Numbered from the stretch's first letter, positions 1 through 9,283 are shown. The stretch: DNA of 27,033 bases from Gammaproteobacteria bacterium (GCA_030040525.1 JASHTN010000219.1:1-27033); one strand, 5' to 3'. The notes: a model not told the origin generated them from the sequence alone. A program made the numbers and translations.

Positions 1-786
1 TCGGTGATCCTGGCGGCGATCATGCTGAAAATGGGCGGCTACGGCTTCCTGCGCTTCAGTCTGCCGATCGCCCCCGATGCGAGCCGCGAGCTCGACCTGC
101 TGGTGATCGCGCTGTCGCTGATCGCGGTGATCTATATCGGCTTCGTGGCGCTGGTGCAGGCCGACATGAAGAAGCTGATCGCCTATTCCTCGATCGCCCA
201 CATGGGCTTCGTCACCCTCGGGGCCTTCGTCCTCTACCAGATCGTGCGCAGCACCGGCAGCGTGACCGGCGCCGGCATGGGGCTCGACGGCGCGATGGTG
301 CAGATGGTGTCGCACGGGCTGATCTCCGGAGCGCTGTTCCTGTGCGTGGGGGTCCTCTATGACCGCGTGCACAGCCGCCAGATCGCCGATTACGGCGGCG
401 TGGTCAACACCATGCCGGTGTTCGCGACCTTCATGGTGTTGTTTGCGCTCGCCAACACCGGTCTGCCCGGCACCTCGGGATTCGTCGGCGAGTTCCTGGT
501 GATCATCGCGAGCTTCCGCGCGAGCTTCTGGTACGCGGCACTCGCCGCCGTAACGCTGATCCTCGGCGCGTCCTACACGCTGTGGCTGGTGAAGCGCGTG
601 GTGTTCGGCCCGGTCACGAGCCCGCGCGTCGCGGCGCTCGAGGACCTCAATCCGCGCGAGTTCATCGTGCTCGGGGCGCTCGCGCTCGCGGTGCTGATCG
701 TCGGGGTCTGGCCGGCACCGCTGCTCAGGATCATGCAGCCGACCATCCATCACCTGGTCAGCCAGGCGGTGGCCACCAAACTGTGA
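1..786 (+). CDS. nuoM: NADH-quinone oxidoreductase subunit M (5'-partial)
   Basis: Motifs LKMGGYG, QADMKKLIAYSSIAHMG, QMVSHG, LYDRVHSR, GLPGTSGFVGEF; directly upstream of nuoN; frame is open at the window edge. Confidence 0.97.
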   Translation, partial: SVILAAIMLKMGGYGFLRFSLPIAPDASRELDLLVIALSLIAVIYIGFVALVQADMKKLIAYSSIAHMGFVTLGAFVLYQIVRSTGSVTGAGMGLDGAMVQMVSHGLISGALFLCVGVLYDRVHSRQIADYGGVVNTMPVFATFMVLFALANTGLPGTSGFVGEFLVIIASFRASFWYAALAAVTLILGASYTLWLVKRVVFGPVTSPRVAALEDLNPREFIVLGALALAVLIVGVWPAPLLRIMQPTIHHLVSQAVATKL

Positions 787-802
787 TCATCACCCGATCT
801 CA

Positions 803-2257
803 ATGCCGTCCATGCCTGCCGCGCCACTGACCTCGACCAGCCTCGTGCCCGCGGTGCCGGAGATCTGGGTGGTGTGCGCCATCTGCGTGATCCTGCTCGT
901 CGATGTGTTCCTCGGGGAGCGGCGCCGCGGGCTCACCCCTACGCTCACGCTGCTCGCGCTCGCGGCGGCCGCGGCGCTCACGCTCGGCTATGCCCGCGTG
1001 CCGCAGCGCACGCTGCTGCTGCACGGCATGTACGTGGCGGATGAGCTCGCACTGGTGCTGAAGCTCGCCGCCTTCCTGGTGGTCGCGGTGGCGCTGCTGT
1101 ATTCGCGCGCTTACCTCGAGACGCGCCGCATCCTGCGCGGGGAGTACTACGTGCTCTCGCTGACCGCGCTGCTCGGCATCCTGGTGCTGGCCTCGGCCGC
1201 GAGCCTGCTGACGGTGTATCTGGGAGTGGAGCTGCTGGCGTTGTCGGTGTACGCCATGGTGGCGTTCGACCGGGACTCGGGAATCGCGGCCGAGTCGGCC
1301 ATGAAGTACTTCGTGCTCGGGGCGATCGCCTCCGGCGCGCTGCTCTACGGCATGTCGCTGATCTACGGCCTGACCGGCACGCTCGACCTGGCGCAGATCG
1401 CAGCGAAGCTGCAGCGCCCGGTGCACCCCGGCGCGATCCTCGGCCTCACGTTCATCGTGGTCGCGGTGGCCTTCAAGCTCGGCGCGGTGCCGTTTCACAT
1501 GTGGCTGCCGGATGTCTACGAGGGGGCACCGACCAGCGTGACGCTATTCATCGGCACCGCTCCGAAGATCGGCTATTTCGCCCTTGCCCTGCGCTTGCTG
1601 GCACAGGGGCTGCCCGGCACCGCCGCCGAATGGACCGAGATGCTCGCGGCGCTCGCGGTGCTGACGCTCATCGTCGGCAACGTGGTGGCGATCCGCCAGA
1701 GCAACCTGAAGCGCATGCTGGCGTATTCGACCATCGCCAACGTCGGCTTCATCGTGCTCGGGTTCGTCGCCGGCACCCCGGACGGTTACGCGGCGGCGCT
1801 CTACTACACGCTGGTGTATGTGCTCATGGCGCTCGGCTCCTTCGGCGTCATCCTGCTCGCGAGCCGCGCCGGCTTCGAGGCCGACCGGCTCGACGACTAC
1901 AAGGGGCTGCAGCAGCGCGACCCGCTGCTCGCCGCCTCGATGCTGGTGCTCATGTTCTCGACGGCGGGGGTACCGCCGTTCGTCGGCTTCTGGCCGAAGC
2001 TGCGCATCTTCCAGGTGCTGTGGGAGACCGGCCACCTCTGGCTGGTGGTGATCGCGGCGGCGATGTCGGTGGTCGGCGCCTTCTATTACCTGCGGGTCGT
2101 CTGGCTGGTGTATTTCGATGCGCCGGCGGGCGATCTGCCGCAGCCCGCGCCGCTCGTCGGCGCGCGCTTCGTGCTCGCCTGCAACGTGGCCGCCGTGCTG
2201 GTGCTCGGCGTGCTGCCGGGACCGCTGCTCGATCTGTGCGCGCGGCTGATCCAGTGA
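803..2257 (+). CDS. nuoN: NADH-quinone oxidoreductase subunit N
   Basis: 484-aa polytopic membrane protein with ESAMKYF, FKLGAVPFHMWLPDVYEGAP, KRMLAYSTIAN, GVPPFVGFWPK; follows nuoM. Confidence 0.97.
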   Translation: MPSMPAAPLTSTSLVPAVPEIWVVCAICVILLVDVFLGERRRGLTPTLTLLALAAAAALTLGYARVPQRTLLLHGMYVADELALVLKLAAFLVVAVALLYSRAYLETRRILRGEYYVLSLTALLGILVLASAASLLTVYLGVELLALSVYAMVAFDRDSGIAAESAMKYFVLGAIASGALLYGMSLIYGLTGTLDLAQIAAKLQRPVHPGAILGLTFIVVAVAFKLGAVPFHMWLPDVYEGAPTSVTLFIGTAPKIGYFALALRLLAQGLPGTAAEWTEMLAALAVLTLIVGNVVAIRQSNLKRMLAYSTIANVGFIVLGFVAGTPDGYAAALYYTLVYVLMALGSFGVILLASRAGFEADRLDDYKGLQQRDPLLAASMLVLMFSTAGVPPFVGFWPKLRIFQVLWETGHLWLVVIAAAMSVVGAFYYLRVVWLVYFDAPAGDLPQPAPLVGARFVLACNVAAVLVLGVLPGPLLDLCARLIQ

Positions 2258-2279
2258 GCGCGCTTGAGGAGAACGTCGC

Positions 2280-3326
2280 GTGAGGTACCTGCATCCGCTT
2301 GCCGCCTGGCTGCTGTGTCTCGCGCCGCCCGCCGTCGCGCAGGCCGCCGCCGCTGCCCACTACCGCCTCGTGAGGCAGGTACCGCTGCCGGGCGATGAGG
2401 GCTGGGACTACCTCACGTTCGAGCAGGGCGCGCACCGGCTGTTCATTGCGCACGGCTCGCGCGTGCTGGTGGTCGACACCGACAGGCTCACCGTGGCGGG
2501 CGAGATCGGCGATACGCCCGTGCCGCATGGCATCGCGCTCGCCCCGGACCTCGGCCGCGGCTACATCAGCGCCGGCCGCGCCAACGCCATCGTGGTGTTC
2601 GACCTGAAGACACTGGCGCGGCTGAAGGAGATCAAGACCACCGGCGAGGGCCCCGACGCCATCCTCTACGACCCCGCGACACATCGCGTCTTCTCCTTCA
2701 ACGGCCGCGCGGGCAACGCGACCGCCGTTGACGCCACGACCGATACGGTGGTCGGCACGATCCCGCTCCCGGGCAGGCCGGAGTCCGCCGCCGCCGACGG
2801 CAAGGGCCGCGTCTACGTCAATCTCGAGGACAAGAACAGCCTCGCCGTCATCGACCCGCAGAAGCTCGCCGTGACCGCAGTCTTCCCGATCGCCGGCTGC
2901 GAGGAGCCTGCGGGCCTGGCGCTGGATGCAGCGCGCGAGCGGCTCTTTCCCGGCTGCCACAATCAGGTGATGGCGGTGGTCGACGGCCGATCGGGGCGCG
3001 TCCTCAGCACCGCGCCGATCGGCGCCGGAGTCGATGCCGGGGCCTACGACCCGGGCACGGGGCTCGCCTTCGCCTCCTGCGGCGGCGACGCCGGCTCGCT
3101 GGTCATCGTGCGGCCGGGCCGTGCGGGCCTCGCGCAGGTGGAGGAGTCGCTGACGACACAGCGCGGGGCGCGCACCATGGCGCTCGACCTGAGCACACAC
3201 CGCGTATTCCTGGTGACGGCGGACTTCGCGCCGACGCCGCCGCCGACGGAGGAGCATCCGCATCCACGGCCGGTCATGATGCCCGGCACGTTCCGGCTGC
3301 TGGTACTCGAGCTCGCACACAGCTGA
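2280..3326 (+). CDS. Secreted YncE/YVTN-family beta-propeller protein
   Basis: GTG start with GAGGAG upstream; signal peptide (LAAWLLCLAPPAVA-QA); repeated blades such as PHGIALAPD, PDAILYDP, PESAAADG, PAGLALD, VDAGAYDP. Confidence 0.85.
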   Translation: MRYLHPLAAWLLCLAPPAVAQAAAAAHYRLVRQVPLPGDEGWDYLTFEQGAHRLFIAHGSRVLVVDTDRLTVAGEIGDTPVPHGIALAPDLGRGYISAGRANAIVVFDLKTLARLKEIKTTGEGPDAILYDPATHRVFSFNGRAGNATAVDATTDTVVGTIPLPGRPESAAADGKGRVYVNLEDKNSLAVIDPQKLAVTAVFPIAGCEEPAGLALDAARERLFPGCHNQVMAVVDGRSGRVLSTAPIGAGVDAGAYDPGTGLAFASCGGDAGSLVIVRPGRAGLAQVEESLTTQRGARTMALDLSTHRVFLVTADFAPTPPPTEEHPHPRPVMMPGTFRLLVLELAHS

Positions 3327-3335
3327 GGTTCATTT

Positions 3336-4784
3336 ATGAGTAAACGCATTGCGGCCGACAGGGCCGCGGTTCCGGCTCTTGCGGCCGCTCTGGCGGTCGG
3401 CGCCGTGGCGCCCGCGACGGCGATGACCGATCAGGCGGCCGATGCGCTCGCCCACGACATCCTCAAGCAGCTGGTCGAGATCAACACCACCGACTCGGTC
3501 GGCAACGTCACCACGGCCGCCGAGGCCATGGCGAGGCGCTTCCACGACGCGGGCTTCCCAGCGGCGGATGTCGTGGTGATCGGACCCGACAACCCGCGCA
3601 AGAAGAACGTGGTGGTGCGCCTGCACGGCAGCGGGCAACGCAAGCCGATCCTGATGATCGGACACCTCGACGTCGTCGAGGCACGACGCGAGGACTGGAC
3701 CACCGACCCGTTCAAGCTGGTGGAGAAGGACGGCTACTTCTACGGCCGCGGCAGCCTCGACATGAAGGACGGTGACGCCATCATGGCGACCACGCTGCTG
3801 CGCATGAAGCAGCAGGGCTTCAGGCCCGACCGCGACCTGATACTGGCGCTCACGGCGGACGAGGAGGGCGGGTGCTGCAACGGCGTCCACTGGTTGATCG
3901 AGAATCATCGCGAGCTGGTCAACGCCGAGTTCGTGCTGAACCACGACGGCTTCTCGATCACCTCCGACCATGGCGTGCCGCGCGCTTTCGAGCTCGGGGC
4001 GACCGAGAAGGTGTATGCGGACTTCCAGCTCGGCACCACCAACCCCGGCGGCCACAGCTCGCTGCCGCGGCCCGACAACGCGATCTACGAGCTGGCGCAC
4101 GGCCTCGACCGGATCGAGAAGTACCAGTTTCCCTTCGAGCTCAACAGCGTGACGCGGGCCTATTTCGAGCGCATGGCGCAGCTCTCGAGCGGCGAGCGTG
4201 CGGCGGACATGCGCGCGATACTCAGCACTCCGCCCGACCCCGCGGCGATCGCCCGGCTGTCGCGCGACCCGACGCAGGGCTCGCTCATGCACACCACCTG
4301 CGTGGCGACGCGCCTTGCGGGCGGACATGCGAACAACGCGCTGCCGCAGCGTGCCGAGGCCGTGATCAACTGCCGCATCCTGCCCGGGCACTCGCAGGAG
4401 GAAGTGCGCCAGGAGCTGATCGGGATACTCGACGACCCGAAGATCACGGTGCGCTACATCGCCGACGACGGCACGGTGCACGACAAGGCCTCGGACCGCC
4501 GTGGCTACCCGCCACCGCCGCTCGTGCCGGAGGTGCGCCAGCCGCTCGAGGCGGTCGTCGCGGGCATGTGGCCGGGGCTGAAGGTCGTCCCCGCCATGGA
4601 TGCCGGCGCCTCCGACTCCATCTACACCGAAGCGGTCGGTCTGCCGTCGTACGGCGTATCGGGTATCGCCATCGACGCGGACCGGATCCGCATGCACGGG
4701 CGTGACGAGTGCGTCCCGATCGCTTCCTTCTACGAGGGCAATGAGTTTTTCTATCGCTACCTGAAAGCCATCACGAGCCCGTGA
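3336..4784 (+). CDS. Secreted M20/M25/M40-family metallopeptidase (ArgE/DapE-like)
   Basis: Zn-ligand motifs GHLDVV, GRGSLDMK, ADEE, GGHSS, MHGRDE; Ala-rich N-terminal signal peptide. Confidence 0.9.
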   Translation: MSKRIAADRAAVPALAAALAVGAVAPATAMTDQAADALAHDILKQLVEINTTDSVGNVTTAAEAMARRFHDAGFPAADVVVIGPDNPRKKNVVVRLHGSGQRKPILMIGHLDVVEARREDWTTDPFKLVEKDGYFYGRGSLDMKDGDAIMATTLLRMKQQGFRPDRDLILALTADEEGGCCNGVHWLIENHRELVNAEFVLNHDGFSITSDHGVPRAFELGATEKVYADFQLGTTNPGGHSSLPRPDNAIYELAHGLDRIEKYQFPFELNSVTRAYFERMAQLSSGERAADMRAILSTPPDPAAIARLSRDPTQGSLMHTTCVATRLAGGHANNALPQRAEAVINCRILPGHSQEEVRQELIGILDDPKITVRYIADDGTVHDKASDRRGYPPPPLVPEVRQPLEAVVAGMWPGLKVVPAMDAGASDSIYTEAVGLPSYGVSGIAIDADRIRMHGRDECVPIASFYEGNEFFYRYLKAITSP

Positions 4785-4848
4785 CGCGCCGCTGCCGAGA
4801 CGTGTCCGTGGTGCGAGGCGCGAGTCTCTGCCGGCCCGGCCGGTCCGC

Positions 4849-5367
4849 TCACGACATGCGTCGCGAGACGGCGATCACGCCGATCAGCACGACCGCGATG
4901 TTGAGTATCCACCACGCCAGCTGCTTGTGTGACCTGAGCAGGCCCGCCGCGCTCGCTGCGGCGTTGCCGCCGGCCGGGGCGGCGGCGCCGGGCAGGCTCG
5001 CAATAAGCAGCTCGCGCACTCCGTCGTGTGTCACCGTGAGGTCGAGTGTCCCGTCGGGGCCGCGCGCAGCCGTGCCGAGCGGGGCGCTCCAGGTGCCATC
5101 CGGCCGTGGCGTTACCGGCAGTGGGCGACCGTCGAGTGTGACCTGAAGCGCCGTGACTGCCGCGGGTACCTGGCTGGGGGTGCGCTGCACGCGCAGGATG
5201 AGCGTGCCGGCGCCGATCGCCGCGTCGACCGTCACCAGGGTCGAGTGGGCGAGGGGGGTGAACACCGGCGCCACAGCGCCCGGTGGCGGCGGAGCCGGCG
5301 CCGCTGCGGCCGTCGCGCACAGTGCCAGGGCCGCAAGCCTTGCGAGCCAGTTCCTCACGGCGATCAC
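4849..5367 (-). CDS. Hypothetical exported protein with C-terminal membrane anchor
   Basis: Signal-like N-terminus, Pro/Ala linker, beta-rich core, terminal TM helix (LAWWILNIAVVLIGVIAV) followed by SRR; fills the gap between two clear genes. Confidence 0.7.
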   Translation of the reverse strand: MIAVRNWLARLAALALCATAAAAPAPPPPGAVAPVFTPLAHSTLVTVDAAIGAGTLILRVQRTPSQVPAAVTALQVTLDGRPLPVTPRPDGTWSAPLGTAARGPDGTLDLTVTHDGVRELLIASLPGAAAPAGGNAAASAAGLLRSHKQLAWWILNIAVVLIGVIAVSRRMS

Positions 5368-5409
5368 GTCAACGGCCTCCGGATCCGCGGCCTCGCGCGC
5401 TGAGTGCCA

Positions 5410-5426
5410 GCGGTTATAGTAACCGC
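5410..5426. promoter_or_regulatory. Perfect 17-bp palindrome, candidate operator overlapping a -10-like hexamer
   Basis: GCGGTTA-TAG-TAACCGC, 26 nt upstream of the hmgA ATG; contains TATAGT on + and TACTAT on -. Confidence 0.6.
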
Positions 5427-5452
5427 CGTGAATTGATGCGAGGAGAGGCGCG

Positions 5453-6826
5453 ATGAGCAGCGGGGCGGGGCGCAGCGCCGGGGCGCCGGCTGACGGCGGG
5501 GCGCGCTATCAGAGCGGCTTCAACAACCAGTTCGCCACCGAGGCGCTCCCGGGTGCGCTGCCCGAGGGACGCAACTCCCCGCAGCAGCCGCCCTACGGGC
5601 TCTACGCCGAGCAGTACTCGGGCACGGCATTCACCGCGCCGCGTGCCAGCAACCGGCGCAGCTGGCTGTACCGCATCCGCCCGGCGGCGGTGCACGGGCG
5701 CTTCGCCCCGCTCGACTTAGGTAGCATCACCGGGCGCTTCGATGAGCTGCCGGTGCCACCGGACCAGCTGCGCTGGGATCCGCTGCCGCTGCCCGAGGCG
5801 CCGACCGACTTCGTCGCCGGGCTCGTCACCGCCGGCGGCAACGGCTCGCCCGACCTGCAGGCCGGCTGCGGCATTCACTGGTACGTGGCCAACCGCTCCA
5901 TGCAGGAGCGCTTCTTCTACGATGCCGACGGGGAGCTGCTCATCGTGCCGCAGCTCGGTGCGCTGCGCATCGCGACCGAGCTCGGGCTGCTCGAGGTCGA
6001 GCCGCTGGAGATCGCAGTCATACCGCGCGGCCTGCGCTTCCGCGTCGAGCTCGCAGGCAGCGCCGCGCGCGGTTACGTCTGCGAGAACTTCGGCGCGCCG
6101 CTCAGGCTCCCCGACCTCGGGCCGATCGGCGCCAACGGCCTCGCCAACCCGCGCGACTTCCAGACGCCGGTCGCCTGGTACGAGGATCGCGAGGGGGATT
6201 TCGAGCTGGTCGCCAAGTTTGCCGGCAGCCTCTGGACGGCACGCATCGGGCACTCGCCGCTCGATGTCGTCGCCTGGCACGGCAATAACGCGCCCTACAA
6301 GTACGATCTGCGCCGCTTCAACACGCTCGGCTCGGTGAGCTACGACCATCCGGATCCGTCGATTTTCCTGGTGCTGCAGTCGAGCAGCGACACCCCGGGC
6401 GTCGACTGGCTCGACTTCGTCGTCTTTCCGCCGCGCTGGCTGGCGATGCAGGACACGTTCCGCCCGCCCTGGTTCCATCGCAACGTTGCGAGCGAGTTCA
6501 TGGGGCTGATCCATGGCGTCTACGACGCCAAGGCCGAAGGCTTCGCCCCGGGCGGCGCCTCGCTCCACAACTGCATGAGCGGCCACGGCCCGGACGCCGC
6601 CACCTGGGCGCGGGCGACGCGTGCCGATACCTCCAAGCCGGTCCGCGTCACCGACACCATGGCGTTCATGTTCGAGACCCGCAGCCTCATCCGTCTGACG
6701 CGTTTCGCGCTCCATTCGTCACAATTGCAGCCCGACTACCAGCGCGTATGGCAGGATCTGCCGAAGAATTTCGCGCCTGACCTGCGGCCGGATGCGCCGC
6801 ATCGTCCCGGCGCACGCAAGGGGTGA
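5453..6826 (+). CDS. hmgA: Homogentisate 1,2-dioxygenase
   Basis: [60 protein letters not shown] (Fe ligands present); RBS GAGGAG. Confidence 0.97.
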   Translation: MSSGAGRSAGAPADGGARYQSGFNNQFATEALPGALPEGRNSPQQPPYGLYAEQYSGTAFTAPRASNRRSWLYRIRPAAVHGRFAPLDLGSITGRFDELPVPPDQLRWDPLPLPEAPTDFVAGLVTAGGNGSPDLQAGCGIHWYVANRSMQERFFYDADGELLIVPQLGALRIATELGLLEVEPLEIAVIPRGLRFRVELAGSAARGYVCENFGAPLRLPDLGPIGANGLANPRDFQTPVAWYEDREGDFELVAKFAGSLWTARIGHSPLDVVAWHGNNAPYKYDLRRFNTLGSVSYDHPDPSIFLVLQSSSDTPGVDWLDFVVFPPRWLAMQDTFRPPWFHRNVASEFMGLIHGVYDAKAEGFAPGGASLHNCMSGHGPDAATWARATRADTSKPVRVTDTMAFMFETRSLIRLTRFALHSSQLQPDYQRVWQDLPKNFAPDLRPDAPHRPGARKG

Positions 6827-6830
6827 CTGC

Positions 6831-8165
6831 TTGGCCGTGCTCAATGCAACGCACGACCCGGGCCTGCGCAGCTGGGTGAGCACCGCCAACCTGCCGGATG
6901 CCGATTTCCCCATCCAGAACCTGCCGTTCGCGGTATTCCGCCGCACCGGCAGCGGCGAGAGCTTCCGCGGTGGCGTCGCGATCGGCGATTGCGTTCTCGA
7001 CCTCGGAGCGCTGCACGGGCTCGACCCCTTCCGGGGTAGCGCCGCACCGGCGCTCGGCGCGTGCGCAGCGCCGCGGCTGAATGCGTTCATGGCCTTGGGT
7101 GAAGAGGCGGCCGGGGCGCTGCGCGCGGCGCTGTCGCAGGCGCTGCGGGCGGACTCACCGGACGCGCAGCACCTGCGCTCACTGCTCGTGCCGCAGCACG
7201 CGGTCGAATACCGCGTTGCAGCCGACGTCGGCGATTACACCGACTTCTACACCTCGATCCACCACGCGCTCGCCGTAGGCCGGCTGTTTCGTCCCGACAA
7301 CCCGCTGCTGCCCAACTACAAGTGGGTGCCGATCGCCTACCACGGGCGCGCCTCCTCGATCCGCCCTTCCGGGCAGGAGTTCGCGCGCCCGGTGGGCCAG
7401 GTGTTCCCGCCGGCCGCCACGGCGCCGCAGCTCGCCGCCACGCGGCGCCTCGACTATGAGCTCGAGGTCGGCGTGTTCATCGGCCGCGGCACCGAGCTCG
7501 GCACACGCGTGCCGCTCGCTGCGGCCGAGAGCCACGTGTTTGGGCTGTGCCTGCTCAACGACTGGTCGGCCCGCGACGTGCAGTCGTGGGAGTACCAGCC
7601 GCTCGGGCCGTTTCTCTCCAAGAACTTCGCCACCACGGTCTCGCCCTGGGTGGTGACGCTCGAGGCACTGGCGCCGTTTCGCGCGCCCTGGTCGCGACCG
7701 GCCGGCGAGCCGGCGCCGCTGCCGTACCTGGACGATGCGGCGCTGCGCGCCGGCGGGGCCATCGATCTCAATCTCGAGGTCTGGCTGGACACCGCCCGCA
7801 TGCGCGCGGCCGGCGTGCCGCCCGCGCGTATGTCGCACTCCAACTTCCGCGATTCGTGGTGGAGCGTGGCGCAGATGGTCGCGCACCATACGCTCGGCGG
7901 CTGCAACCTGCGCGCCGGCGATCTCTTCGGCAGCGGCACGCAGTCCGGACCCGCGGCGGACCAGGCCGGGTCGCTGCTGGAGCTGAGCGCCGGCGGCCAG
8001 CGTCCCGTGAGGCTGCCGGGCGGCGAGCAGCGCACTTTCCTCGAGGACGGCGACCGCGTGAGGCTGCGCGGCTGGTGCGAGCGGCCGGGCTACGTGCGCA
8101 TCGGGCTCGGCGAGTGCGTGGCGACGGTGCTGCCGGCGAGCGCACTGCCGGATGCCGCGACGTGA
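6831..8165 (+). CDS. fahA: Fumarylacetoacetase
   Basis: DFPIQNLPF, DFYTSIHHA, YHGRASS, LDYELE, NDWSARD, PLGPFLSKNF, GSGTQSG. Start placed at TTG 6831 (GTG 6837 is an alternative) rather than ATG 6792, which lies inside hmgA. Confidence 0.95.
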   Translation: MAVLNATHDPGLRSWVSTANLPDADFPIQNLPFAVFRRTGSGESFRGGVAIGDCVLDLGALHGLDPFRGSAAPALGACAAPRLNAFMALGEEAAGALRAALSQALRADSPDAQHLRSLLVPQHAVEYRVAADVGDYTDFYTSIHHALAVGRLFRPDNPLLPNYKWVPIAYHGRASSIRPSGQEFARPVGQVFPPAATAPQLAATRRLDYELEVGVFIGRGTELGTRVPLAAAESHVFGLCLLNDWSARDVQSWEYQPLGPFLSKNFATTVSPWVVTLEALAPFRAPWSRPAGEPAPLPYLDDAALRAGGAIDLNLEVWLDTARMRAAGVPPARMSHSNFRDSWWSVAQMVAHHTLGGCNLRAGDLFGSGTQSGPAADQAGSLLELSAGGQRPVRLPGGEQRTFLEDGDRVRLRGWCERPGYVRIGLGECVATVLPASALPDAAT

Positions 8166-8854
8166 AGAGCTATCGCTTCTACGATCTGATCCTCGGCGCG
8201 TACGTGTGTGTGCTGCTGTGCGCGAATCTCATCGGGCCGGCGAAGGTCTCGACCGTGCACGTGCCGCTGCTCGGCGCCGTGACCTTCATGGCGGGTGTGC
8301 TGTTCTTCCCGATCTCCTACATATTCGGCGACATCCTCACCGAGGTGTATGGCTATGCGCGCGACCGGCGCGTGGTGTGGAGCGGCTTCGCCGCGCTGGT
8401 GTTCGCCGCGTTCATGGCCTGGGTGATCGTGCGGCTGCCGCCGGCGGAGTTCTGGCGCGCCAACCAGCCGGCGGTCGAGGCGATCTTCGGCAACACCCCG
8501 CGCATCGTCTGCGCCTCGATCCTTGCCTTCTGGTGCGGATCGTTCGTCAACAGCTACGTGATGGCGAAGATGAAAGTGCTCACCCGCGGACGCTGGCTGT
8601 GGAGCCGCATCGTCGGCTCGACGCTCTGCGGCGAGCTGGTCGACTCGGGGCTGTTCTACACGCTGGCGTTCGCGGGCCTGTGGGCGCGGCGCGATCTCGC
8701 GACGGTCGCGACCACGCAGTACGTGCTGAAATCGGCCTGGGAGATCGTCATGACGCCGGTGACCTACCGGATCGTCGGCTTCCTGAAGCGCGCCGAGCAG
8801 GAGGACTACTACGACCGCGGTACCAACTTCACGCCGTTCTCGCTGCGGGTGTGA
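8162..8854 (+). CDS. yhhQ: Queuosine-precursor transporter-like membrane protein (YhhQ/VUT, DUF165 family)
   Basis: GTG start overlaps the fahA stop (GTGA); motifs FFPISYIFGDILTEVYGY, ASILAFWCGSFVN, GSTLCGELVDS; 230 aa, hydrophobic. Confidence 0.85.
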   Translation: MKSYRFYDLILGAYVCVLLCANLIGPAKVSTVHVPLLGAVTFMAGVLFFPISYIFGDILTEVYGYARDRRVVWSGFAALVFAAFMAWVIVRLPPAEFWRANQPAVEAIFGNTPRIVCASILAFWCGSFVNSYVMAKMKVLTRGRWLWSRIVGSTLCGELVDSGLFYTLAFAGLWARRDLATVATTQYVLKSAWEIVMTPVTYRIVGFLKRAEQEDYYDRGTNFTPFSLRV

Positions 8855-8883
8855 GCGGCGTGCGCAGCCGCCGGCCGGCTCCA

Positions 8884-8907
8884 CCGGCGGGGCGGGTGCC
8901 CCGCCGG
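8884..8907. terminator. GC-rich hairpin between convergent genes (possible bidirectional pause/terminator)
   Basis: CCGGCGGGGC-GGGT-GCCCCGCCGG, a perfect 10-bp stem; no U-tract on either strand. Confidence 0.4.
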
Positions 8908-8941
8908 CGGCAGGCGCGGCAGGCCGCGTCCGCCCGCAGAG

Positions 8942-9283
8942 TTACTTGCCGATCTGCTGGCTGACCTGGTTCTCCTGCTGGTTGAGCGCGCGCTGCTCGG
9001 TCTTGGTGATGTGGCCGTTGTTGGTGCTGGCCATGGTGCGCTCTTCCTGGCGGATGCTGTGGTCTTCCTTGTGCAGCTGCCCGGCCTGCGCCTTGCTGAT
9101 CTGGCCGGACTTCACCTCGTTGTGAATGCGCCGGTTCTGGTTGTTGAGGCGCTTGTTGACCTCGGTGCGGCGCGGATGGTCCTTCTGCCACTGGGTCTCG
9201 TCGGCCATGACAGGGGTGACGAGTCCGCCGAGGCAGACGGCGGCGACAGCCGCTGTCAGGGCGGTACGGATGATTTTCGACAT
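8942..9283 (-). CDS. Small secreted Asn/Gln/His-rich helical protein
   Basis: RBS AGGAGG; signal peptide ending PVMA-DE; two copies of a G-x-I-[ST]-K-x-[QE]-x3-L motif; 113 aa. Confidence 0.85.
   Translation of the reverse strand: MSKIIRTALTAAVAAVCLGGLVTPVMADETQWQKDHPRRTEVNKRLNNQNRRIHNEVKSGQISKAQAGQLHKEDHSIRQEERTMASTNNGHITKTEQRALNQQENQVSQQIGK

Noticed and set aside
7547-8161. Apparent 205-aa N-terminal extension of the YhhQ ORF (435 aa in the track)
   Set aside because: It is an off-frame read-through of fahA; family similarity starts at GTG 8162.
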